A program made the position numbers and the translations under genes. A DNA stretch of 64,000 nucleotides. Source: a virus. Under the pieces are notes generated by a model. That model saw only the letters and a list, made by a program, of their open reading frames with translations. It was not told the DNA's origin and made no database searches. The DNA lies in IMG/VR virus record IMGVR_UViG_3300024257_000005, positions 41,678-105,677 of that record; one strand, 5' to 3'. Positions 22,906 to 29,632 of the stretch are shown here, in pieces (the first letter of the stretch is position 1; the number at the start of each line of letters is the position of its first letter).

Positions 22906-22995
22906 ATGGAATGATATTTAATAATAATTCCTCTAGTTTGACTACTTAGTGGTCCAGCTAGAGGAAGAATAAATAATTGACAAAGGAAAAAATAA
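22906..22995 (+). CDS. 29-aa membrane peptide with three TGA=Trp codons
   Basis: Starts immediately after groEL TAA; MEWYLIIIPLVWLLSGPARGRINNWQRKK. Confidence 0.5.
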
Positions 22996-23018
22996 ACTAG
23001 GCTTTTTGAAAACTACGT

Positions 23019-23028
23019 TATATTTATA
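23019..23028 (+). promoter_or_regulatory. putative late promoter for the tRNA-array leader
   Basis: TATATTTATA 3 nt before the leader ATG. Confidence 0.55.
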
Positions 23029-23031
23029 TAT

Positions 23032-23181
23032 ATGAAAAGAATTACAAACATATTATCCCGTTATTTTAGTAGACAACTCTGGTTGGGTTGTGGGGCGTGT
23101 TCGTTATGTGATAGTGTCTCAACACCAAAACATAATGCCATTGCTCGCAATGACGAACAACCTAGGGAGCCTTTTGTGTAA
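23032..23181 (+). CDS. putative attenuator leader peptide (49 aa)
   Basis: All 20 amino acids, 37 distinct codons; 3' end overlaps antiterminator arm. Confidence 0.65.
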   Translation: MKRITNILSRYFSRQLWLGCGACSLCDSVSTPKHNAIARNDEQPREPFV

Positions 23182-23216
23182 CGATTAATACAATCATATA
23201 GATTTACATAAAAGGC
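23169..23216 (+). promoter_or_regulatory. antiterminator hairpin
   Basis: GCCTTTTGTGTAA pairs with TTACATAAAAGGC (13 bp, one GU). Confidence 0.7.
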
Positions 23217-23244
23217 AAGAACTAAACCTCTTGCCTTTTTTATT
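23210..23244 (+). terminator. intrinsic terminator
   Basis: AAAAGGCAAGA-8 nt loop-TCTTGCC plus TTTTTTATT. Confidence 0.8.
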
Positions 23245-23255
23245 GCTCTTTAAAA
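23244..23255 (+). promoter_or_regulatory. boxA antitermination element
   Basis: TGCTCTTTAAAA versus rrn boxA TGCTCTTTAACA. Confidence 0.6.
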
Positions 23256-23261
23256 CAGTTG

Positions 23262-23289
23262 TTTCATTTTGAAAGATTGTGTGTATATT
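23262..23289 (+). promoter_or_regulatory. sigma70-type early promoter of the tRNA array
   Basis: TTTCAT-16-TATATT; repeat family member. Confidence 0.55.
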
Positions 23290-23422
23290 GACAAGTAAAT
23301 AGATTTTTGAAATAAAACTAAGAACGAGTGCTCCCAAAAAGATCCTGCATAGTACAGGTTGTGGTGCAGTGAGGTCAGGCGTTAATGACTCCACAAAAGA
23401 GAACGCAGTTTTTAGTTTGTTT

Positions 23423-23496
23423 GCTGGATTAGCTCAAGTGGGTAGAGCCGGGGTTTTGTAAACCTCAGGTTGCAGGTTCGAGGCCTGTGTCCAGCG
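23423..23496 (+). tRNA. tRNA-Thr(TGT)
   Basis: Cloverleaf; loop TTTGTAA. Confidence 0.9.
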
Positions 23497-23549
23497 CAGA
23501 TGTTTTTTGACAAATTTTTTATTAATGGGTTCTACTCCCATCCAAGAAT

Positions 23550-23633
23550 GCCTCGGTGGCGGAATTGGTAGACGCGCTGGTCTTAGGCACCAGTCCCCGA
23601 AAGGGGGTGCAAGTTCGAGTCTTGTTCGGGGTA
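23550..23633 (+). tRNA. tRNA-Leu(TAG)
   Basis: Class II cloverleaf; loop CTTAGGC. Confidence 0.92.
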
Positions 23634-23881
23634 CATAATTTAATTTCATTTAGTTGTTTCATTTGACTACACTGGGGTTAGATTAATAAGGTAAAAAGTT
23701 ATTTGACAATAAGGGCAATGAAGAAAAAGATAAAGTAAATGGGATGACACGGATTAACACATACACCCTCAAACAGGACACCCAAGTGGTACACCCTAAA
23801 GTAGGACATGCTTCCCCGTGCTCAAATACTTTTGATATAAAGAAGTGCTCCCTAGATCATTGGAATTTAGGGAGTTTATAT

Positions 23882-23956
23882 TCCGCCATAGCTCAGTCAG
23901 GTTAGAGCGCCGGATTGTTAATCCGGATGTCCTTGGTTCGAATCCAAGTGGCGGAG
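23882..23956 (+). tRNA. tRNA-Asn(GTT)
   Basis: Loop TTGTTAA. Confidence 0.93.
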
Positions 23957-24091
23957 CATTGCAACAAAAACGTGGGCAACGGGTCGTAGTGTGTAGGTTG
24001 AGGATACTCATCATATGGAACTAGCTTATTGTGTCCGTGGGGTGCCATCTTGTTCTGCAGGACAATGTTGGAATCAACCTCAAAACTTTAA

Positions 24092-24166
24092 GCCTCGCTA
24101 GCTCAATTGGCTCAGAGCAGTGGCCCTTTAAGCCATTGGTTCCAGGTTCGAGTCCTGGGCGGGGTA
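24092..24166 (+). tRNA. tRNA-Lys(TTT) with C33
   Basis: Loop CCTTTAA. Confidence 0.88.
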
Positions 24167-24187
24167 CAAAACGAAACTTAAAAATGA

Positions 24188-24268
24188 GTTGAGTAGACAC
24201 CCTATGGGCCATATTGGATAAGAGGTCATTAGACAGCGCTACCAAAGGTTCGAATCCTTCGCTCAATG
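24188..24268 (+). ncRNA. tRNA-like RNA (acceptor stem and T-arm, non-canonical body)
   Basis: GTTGAGT/GCTCAAT stem; AAGGTTCGAATCCTT. Confidence 0.55.
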
Positions 24269-24344
24269 TTGAAGATTTAAGTGGAAACTATTTGAACCAA
24301 TATATCAATTGGCCAAACGATATATTCAAATAGGGTAGAATTAT

Positions 24345-24419
24345 CGAGGTGTGGCGCAGTCCGGTTAGCGCACTTGCTTTGGGAGCAAGGGGTCGTAGGT
24401 TCGAATCCTACTACCTCGA
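24345..24419 (+). tRNA. tRNA-Pro(TGG)
   Basis: Loop TTTGGGA. Confidence 0.93.
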
Positions 24420-24505
24420 CGAGTTGAGCTGCCAGTCCAGATTACGGAGGCTATTCCAATGACGGTTCGTCCGATGAAAGAAATAGCAACATGGCATTTT
24501 TAAAA

Positions 24506-24577
24506 CCTGAGGAAGTCTAATGGTAGAGGCTGGGCCCAGGAAGTCTGGTATAGCAAGTTCGATTCTTGTCTTTGGGA
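24506..24577 (+). tRNA. degenerate tRNA, apparent AGG anticodon (Pro?)
   Basis: GU-rich acceptor and anticodon stems; T-arm GCAAGTTCGATTCTTGT. Confidence 0.45.
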
Positions 24578-24582
24578 CAAAC

Positions 24583-24656
24583 GTGGCATTAGTGTAATGG
24601 TAACATTCCAGATTTCCAATCTGGGGTTGCGGGTTCGAGTCCTGTATGCCACACCA
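24583..24656 (+). tRNA. tRNA-Gly(TCC)
   Basis: Loop TTTCCAA; encoded CCA. Confidence 0.92.
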
Positions 24657-24676
24657 ATAAAAAGAAAGGTTATATT

Positions 24677-25054
24677 ATGATCAAGGAACTTTATGAAGTA
24701 AGAGTAAATTTCACAATGGAGCGTGATGAATTTGAAAACGCTATTGATAAGATTCGAAATTGTATGAGAATCGAATTCAAAAGAGGAATTGCTTATGTTC
24801 CTGTTCCTCAGAATGCTCAACTCATAATTACTAACATTGAAGATTATTCAACAGCAGTACATATAGAGCAAAAAATATTAAATAATGGGCCAGTGGTGAA
24901 ACTGGTAAACGCAACAGGCTTAAGCCCTGTCGACCGTAATGGTCTTGTGGGTTCGAATCCCTCCTGGTCTACTTGGTCCATTAAACTAAATGAAAGGTTA
25001 TATTATGCAAGCATGGGGACACAAAACTCTCGAACAGTTAGACAAAATGACTGA
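24677..25054 (+). CDS. hypothetical protein whose frame runs through tRNA-Leu
   Basis: SD AAAGGT; 3' end uncertain. Confidence 0.4.
   Translation: MIKELYEVRVNFTMERDEFENAIDKIRNCMRIEFKRGIAYVPVPQNAQLIITNIEDYSTAVHIEQKILNNGPVVKLVNATGLSPVDRNGLVGSNPSWSTWSIKLNERLYYASMGTQNSRTVRQND
24887..24971 (+). tRNA. tRNA-Leu(TAA)
   Basis: Loop CTTAAGC; long variable arm. Confidence 0.92.
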
Positions 25055-25265
25055 TCAAAGATTGTTAGCTTATTATAAGGCTATTAGAGTTCCACAATGG
25101 AATTATAATAGCTGGTATGAAAACGACACTGAAGAATTCATTGAAGCTCAAGAAGCTTACATAGCAAAAGTTAAGATGGTTCTTGAAGATAGAGGACATG
25201 TAAAAACTCGTGGAAGAAAAGATCCCCATGTAAATGACAATACAAAGGATCCAAAATTAAAATAG
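25005..25265 (+). CDS. hypothetical protein
   Basis: SD AAAGGT; lies between tRNAs. Confidence 0.55.
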   Translation: MQAWGHKTLEQLDKMTDQRLLAYYKAIRVPQWNYNSWYENDTEEFIEAQEAYIAKVKMVLEDRGHVKTRGRKDPHVNDNTKDPKLK

Positions 25266-25337
25266 GGCCGTAGCTCAATTGGTTAGAGCACCGGACTGTC
25301 AATCCGGAGGTTGGGGGTTCAAGTCCCCTCGGTCCTG
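25264..25337 (+). tRNA. tRNA-Asp(GTC)
   Basis: Loop CTGTCAA. Confidence 0.93.
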
Positions 25338-25339
25338 CT

Positions 25340-25426
25340 GTGCATGTGGCAGATAGGTAATGCGCCTGGCCGTGGCCCAGGTTGGATAATATCCTCATGC
25401 GGGTTCAAATCCCGTCGTGCACCCCA
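25340..25426 (+). tRNA. tRNA-His(GTG) with long variable arm
   Basis: Loop CCGTGGC; C73; encoded CCA. Confidence 0.75.
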
Positions 25427-25509
25427 CCCAGTAATGTCATCCAGGCATTGACACCGGATTGTAATCCCGGTTCCTAATGGAGTTGTAGGTTCGAGTCCTT
25501 CTACTGGGA
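25427..25509 (+). tRNA. tRNA-Tyr(GTA), long variable arm, C1:G72
   Basis: Loop TTGTAAT. Confidence 0.75.
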
Positions 25510-25530
25510 CAAATTTAAAATGGAGAATAT

Positions 25531-26160
25531 ATGACTGAAAATTTAGCATTTAAAGATGGCAAGTGGACTGAAAAATGGTTTGATCAGAATATTGAAGCAT
25601 GGACTGAAGCAATCGATGGCTATAAAAAATATGAAGGTGATATTAAATCGGTTCTTGAAATTGGATGCTTTGAAGGTCGAGCAACTGTCTGGCTATGCAA
25701 TACTGTACCAACAATTGAAAAATATACAGTTATTGATACATTCAAAGGAAGCTTAGAAGAAAAAGGTATGGAACGAGCAAAAGATAATTTGACAAAAAAT
25801 GAAAGTCATATCAGATCAAATTTTGAACATAATATTTCTAAATTCAGAGACAAAATTGATTTCACAATAGTTGAAGGTGAATCACAGAGTATGCTGCATG
25901 ATATTAAAGGAAAATATGATTTCATATATATTGATGGAAGTCATAGATCTGATGATGTTTTTATAGATGCATACTGGGCAGATAAATTATTAAATGTGAA
26001 TGGCATAATGATTTTTGATGATTTTGGATGGACAAATCCCGATAGTGAATTATTAATTGATAGCCCAGGATTTGGAATTGGAGAATTTCTTACAATTCAC
26101 ACACATGATTACAATATATTTTTAAGAGGTTATCAACTCGGAATACAAAAAACAAAATAA
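25531..26160 (+). CDS. class I SAM-dependent methyltransferase (Methyltransf_24-like)
   Basis: LEIGCFEG, YIDGSH, IFDD. Confidence 0.85.
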   Translation: MTENLAFKDGKWTEKWFDQNIEAWTEAIDGYKKYEGDIKSVLEIGCFEGRATVWLCNTVPTIEKYTVIDTFKGSLEEKGMERAKDNLTKNESHIRSNFEHNISKFRDKIDFTIVEGESQSMLHDIKGKYDFIYIDGSHRSDDVFIDAYWADKLLNVNGIMIFDDFGWTNPDSELLIDSPGFGIGEFLTIHTHDYNIFLRGYQLGIQKTK

Positions 26161-26228
26161 GGAGAATGCTATGAGCAATGGAGGAATCGGTCGATTTAGT
26201 TAGTTAAACTAAATCAAGGAGACCGAAA

Positions 26229-26561
26229 ATGAGTAAGACCCAAAGAAGAAAAAAAGGACCAATCCCACAACATGTCACTCACGACTATGTAAAAGTAGGT
26301 GTTCGAATCAAAGAACATTATTACATTTATTACTGGGAATGGTTGCCTATAAGTGAGGAAGATCAAAAAATAGCCATTGCAAAATACTATTCTGATACTG
26401 GAATTGGTAGAAAATGGCCCGTACCAAGTTGGTATGCAAAAATGCTAAACAATGATTACAGAACAAAAGCCAGACACGAAATGCAAAAAATCAACTCATG
26501 GAAAGATTGGGAAGAATATGAATTCGATCCAAAGCTTAATTGCAAAGGCTGGTACTGGTAA
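26229..26561 (+). CDS. basic, Trp-rich hypothetical protein
   Basis: SD AAGGAG lies within a hairpin. Confidence 0.65.
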   Translation: MSKTQRRKKGPIPQHVTHDYVKVGVRIKEHYYIYYWEWLPISEEDQKIAIAKYYSDTGIGRKWPVPSWYAKMLNNDYRTKARHEMQKINSWKDWEEYEFDPKLNCKGWYW

Positions 26562-26610
26562 GATTTAAATAGTTTAGAGCTGTGGTTCTATTCAAAAACC
26601 ATAGCCACAT

Positions 26611-26684
26611 CCCCTGGTAGCTCCAATTGGTAGAGCGGTACAGTGAAATCGTATGCGATGCTGGTTCAAGTCCGGCCCGGGGGA
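26611..26684 (+). tRNA. tRNA-Phe(GAA)
   Basis: Loop GTGAAAT; weak anticodon stem. Confidence 0.8.
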
Positions 26685-26823
26685 CTAAGAGAATGACCTA
26701 CTAGGGCGACAAGCCTGCTCTATCTTTGCCTCACTGAACCACATTCAGAAGAGGGTGATATCAGCGGTCCTAATTTCTTTGGAAAGCCTAAACTTGTGGA
26801 AGGCGGTACCTCTTCTCTTTTAA

Positions 26824-26900
26824 CGCGCATTGGTCTAGTCTGGTTCTAGGACGTCGGGTTTTCATCCCGAAGGTCACCGGTTCGAATCCGGTATGCGTGA
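26824..26900 (+). tRNA. tRNA-Glu(TTC)
   Basis: Loop TTTTCAT. Confidence 0.92.
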
Positions 26901-26904
26901 CTAA

Positions 26905-26977
26905 TGGTCGGTTAGTGTAATGGTAACACCGCAGGTTTTGATCCTGCTATTATAGGTTCAAGTCCTGTATCGACTGC
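26905..26977 (+). tRNA. tRNA-Gln(TTG)
   Basis: Loop TTTTGAT. Confidence 0.9.
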
Positions 26978-26981
26978 ATAT

Positions 26982-27054
26982 CGCACTGTAGCTAAATGGT
27001 AAAGCCCCCGGCTCATATCCGGAAGATTTGGTGGTTCAAGCCCACTCAGTGCGA
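26982..27054 (+). tRNA. tRNA-Met(CAT)
   Basis: Loop CTCATAT. Confidence 0.85.
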
Positions 27055-27065
27055 CAACAATAGAA

Positions 27066-27138
27066 GGGGCATTAGCTCAGCTGGGAGAGCGCCGCACTTG
27101 CACTGCGGAGGTCGCAGGTTCGATCCCTGTATGCTCCA
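27066..27138 (+). tRNA. tRNA-Ala(TGC)
   Basis: G3:U70; loop CTTGCAC. Confidence 0.95.
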
Positions 27139-27206
27139 CTTTGAGATAAGCAGAGAAAGAGCCTGCAATTTTATCTCAATAGTCCGGATAGCTCTGCCGG
27201 ACACTC

Positions 27207-27277
27207 GGGTTATTAGTTCAATGGTAGAATACTCGCCTGTAAAGCGACAGATAGCAGTTCAAGTCTGTTATAACCCA
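27207..27277 (+). tRNA. tRNA with GTA (Tyr) anticodon and short variable loop
   Basis: Loop CTGTAAA; G1:C72; 4-bp anticodon stem. Confidence 0.7.
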
Positions 27278-27284
27278 CAATAAT

Positions 27285-27356
27285 GCACCATGAGCTCGAC
27301 GGTAGAGCAGCTGCCTGATATGCAGAAGGTACTAGGTTCAATTCCTAGGTGGTGTA
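27285..27356 (+). tRNA. tRNA-Ile(GAT)
   Basis: Loop CTGATAT. Confidence 0.88.
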
Positions 27357-27411
27357 CGAAACGAATCTCATTATAGGATAGCGTCCGACAATTAATTGGG
27401 ATTCGTATTTT

Positions 27412-27485
27412 GGCTTCTTAGCTCAGTAGGTTAGAGCAGCGGATTCTTAATCCGAAGGTCACAGGTTCAATTCCTGTAGAGGCTA
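27412..27485 (+). tRNA. tRNA-Lys(CTT)
   Basis: Loop TTCTTAA. Confidence 0.9.
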
Positions 27486-27539
27486 CAATCAAAACCATTT
27501 TTATAGTTCGAGTATATTTATATTAAACAGGAGAATAAT

Positions 27540-28217
27540 ATGAATATATGTGAAAATTGCAAACAAGAGCATGATGGACAATATGGATCTGGTAGATTCT
27601 GTTCAGATAAATGTGCAAGAGGATTTAGCACTAAGGCAAAAAGAAAAAACATTAATGAAAAAGTATCTAGAAAATTAAAAATTAATAAACCAATCAGATT
27701 CTGTAAGATCTGCAATGTAGAAATTGGATCTAGAACGCAGCTTGGATATTGTCAAAAACACCTATATGAAAGTGAAGAATATAGATCTCTATTAAGAAAG
27801 CCCCATAAATCAGGGTCTGGTGGTTTGAGAACAGGTGGAGGAAGATCAAAGGTGTTTGAATATGATAGTAAATATGCTGGGTTAGTTAAGCTAAATAAAC
27901 ATGAAATTGAAGTTGCAAAAATATTTGACTCATTAGAGATATTATGAAATCGTAACTGAAAAGGTTTTAGATATGTCGATCTAGAAGGTAGAGATAGAAA
28001 ATATTATCCCGATTTCTATATTCCAGAATTTGATTATTATGTCGAATATAAAGGATGAGTTAATGTAGTTTTAAATCATAAGATGAACAATGCTGTTGAG
28101 CTTAATGATTTTAAATTATTAATTATATATAGCGACGACAAGCGATACAGCCAGCTTGGACTATCGTTGTCAGAGCTTAAAAAATGTCCTCAAAAACTAA
28201 TTAGAGGTATCGGTTAA
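27540..28217 (+). mobile_element. free-standing putative homing endonuclease (Zn finger plus PD-(D/E)xK); TGA=Trp at 27945, 27957, 28056
   Basis: Readthrough gives WNRNWKGF..YYPDFY..VEYKGW; late motif at 27513. Confidence 0.75.
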
Positions 28218-28274
28218 TTGGCAAACCAACGCTCTCCAAAAGCGTGACTGGGAGTTCGAGTCTCTCTACCTCTG
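28203..28274 (+). tRNA. tRNA-Trp(CCA)
   Basis: Loop CTCCAAA; G73; C9. Confidence 0.92.
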
Positions 28275-28337
28275 CAATATGTAAGTCCTATTATGGATGG
28301 CACCAATCAATAGTCCGTTCATTCTAGGCAATAATTT

Positions 28338-28425
28338 GCTCCGTTAGCTCAGTCCGGTATAGAGCGCCTGCCTTACAAGCAGGAGGCCTCCTAGGTTTAC
28401 CTTGGTTCAAATCCAAGACGGAGTA
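28338..28425 (+). tRNA. tRNA-Val(TAC) with long variable arm
   Basis: Loop CTTACAA; extra arm AGGCCTCCTAGGTTT. Confidence 0.85.
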
Positions 28426-28430
28426 CAAAT

Positions 28431-28482
28431 AACTGTTTTATTCTCGCTGTTCTGGTGTATATTCTACCAACAACAAAAGGAG
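28431..28482 (+). promoter_or_regulatory. early promoter/RBS cassette
   Basis: AACTGTTTTA..TATATT..CAACAACAAAAGGAG. Confidence 0.75.
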
Positions 28483-28487
28483 TTGAC

Positions 28488-28946
28488 ATGAGAACAATTA
28501 ACATTTACACATTTGAGGAGCTTCCAACAGAAGTTCAGCAGCACATAATTAGCAGAAACAGACTAATATCTGTTCCTGAAGATTATGATGCACCAGCTCA
28601 AGAAGCTGCAAGGAGATTTGAAGTTGAGCTTGATGGCTGGAATGTCCACACATTAGAAGCTGGAGTTATCATCGGTGGACCTACCAAACTAAAGAAGCTT
28701 GCCGATAAATTTCTAATAGCTTCTGCATCTGATTCTGATATCTATAAAGAAGCTGAAACTTACTGGTTTGAAGGAACAAACGATATAAGATTTATTGCAA
28801 CCGTTGAAAAGTTTTTTGCAGAGATGCTCAGCAAATTATATTTCTCATACCAATCAGATTCAGCAGTTTATGATGGCCTTGTTGAACAAGGATGGGAATA
28901 TCTTATTGAGGGAAAAGTATTTAGCAAAAAAACAAAAGGAAGCTAA
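28488..28946 (+). CDS. hypothetical early protein
   Basis: Behind promoter cassette. Confidence 0.7.
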   Translation: MRTINIYTFEELPTEVQQHIISRNRLISVPEDYDAPAQEAARRFEVELDGWNVHTLEAGVIIGGPTKLKKLADKFLIASASDSDIYKEAETYWFEGTNDIRFIATVEKFFAEMLSKLYFSYQSDSAVYDGLVEQGWEYLIEGKVFSKKTKGS

Positions 28947-28947
28947 C

Positions 28948-29112
28948 ATGACTTTTACAGCGTACAACCACAATGATACAGGTCTTTGTGAACCTACCAC
29001 AAGGCAAGCCGCAATTAAAGAATCAAAAGAATACACCTTTGCAACTGGTAATGAAAGCTATGTCGCCAATAGCAAAGGTGAAATTGTACATGAGAATGTA
29101 AGAGGATATTAA
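28948..29112 (+). CDS. hypothetical protein
   Basis: SD AAGGA. Confidence 0.55.
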   Translation: MTFTAYNHNDTGLCEPTTRQAAIKESKEYTFATGNESYVANSKGEIVHENVRGY

Positions 29113-29313
29113 ATGAGAGATAAGATATATGAAAACTGGGCTAAGTGTGATCCAGTTCTTAGAAAAAGTCTTCTAGAAGCACTAACAATTCCTGAGTTAA
29201 AATTGATGGGTAGCTATTTTGATTATCCACTAAGAGGGAAAAAGAGTGAAATAGTTCATCAACTGATTGGATATTTTAAATCAAATGACAACTGGAAGGC
29301 TATCGCAAAATAA
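29113..29313 (+). CDS. hypothetical protein
   Basis: Abuts previous stop. Confidence 0.55.
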   Translation: MRDKIYENWAKCDPVLRKSLLEALTIPELKLMGSYFDYPLRGKKSEIVHQLIGYFKSNDNWKAIAK

Positions 29314-29315
29314 AT

Positions 29316-29395
29316 GCTCCCGTATGCCAGCCGGTTACGAGCCGGTATAAAGCTAATTGGATAGGAAGATGTCAGTTCGAGCCTGACCGGGAGTT
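29316..29395 (+). tRNA. rearranged, D-armless tRNA-Arg(ACG)-like RNA
   Basis: Acceptor stem identical to tRNA-Arg(TCT); GCCGG-TTACGAG-CCGGT arm; canonical T-arm. Confidence 0.65.
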
Positions 29396-29457
29396 CATGT
29401 ACACTATCCTAACGCGTTCACTCAGAGTGTACATGCGCAAATAGTGTACACATAGAT

Positions 29458-29532
29458 ATCGTAGTGGCTCGAAATGGCTTAGGCACCGGACTGCAAATCC
29501 GGATTATGGGGGTTCAAGTCCCCTCTACGATT
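29458..29532 (+). tRNA. tRNA-Cys(GCA)
   Basis: Loop CTGCAAA; U73. Confidence 0.9.
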
Positions 29533-29541
29533 CAAACCAAG

Positions 29542-29626
29542 GGAGGTTGTCCGGCTGGACGAGGAAGCTGTCTTGAAAACAGTCGGCGGGTAACACCGCT
29601 TGGGGGTTCAAGTCCCTCAGCCTCCG
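29542..29626 (+). tRNA. tRNA-Ser(TGA)
   Basis: Loop CTTGAAA; long variable arm. Confidence 0.92.
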
Positions 29627-29632
29627 CAAAAC

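Noticed and set aside
29542-29626. TGA-anticodon tRNA as the opal suppressor
   Set aside because: Anticodon UGA reads Ser UCN codons; a suppressor needs UCA.
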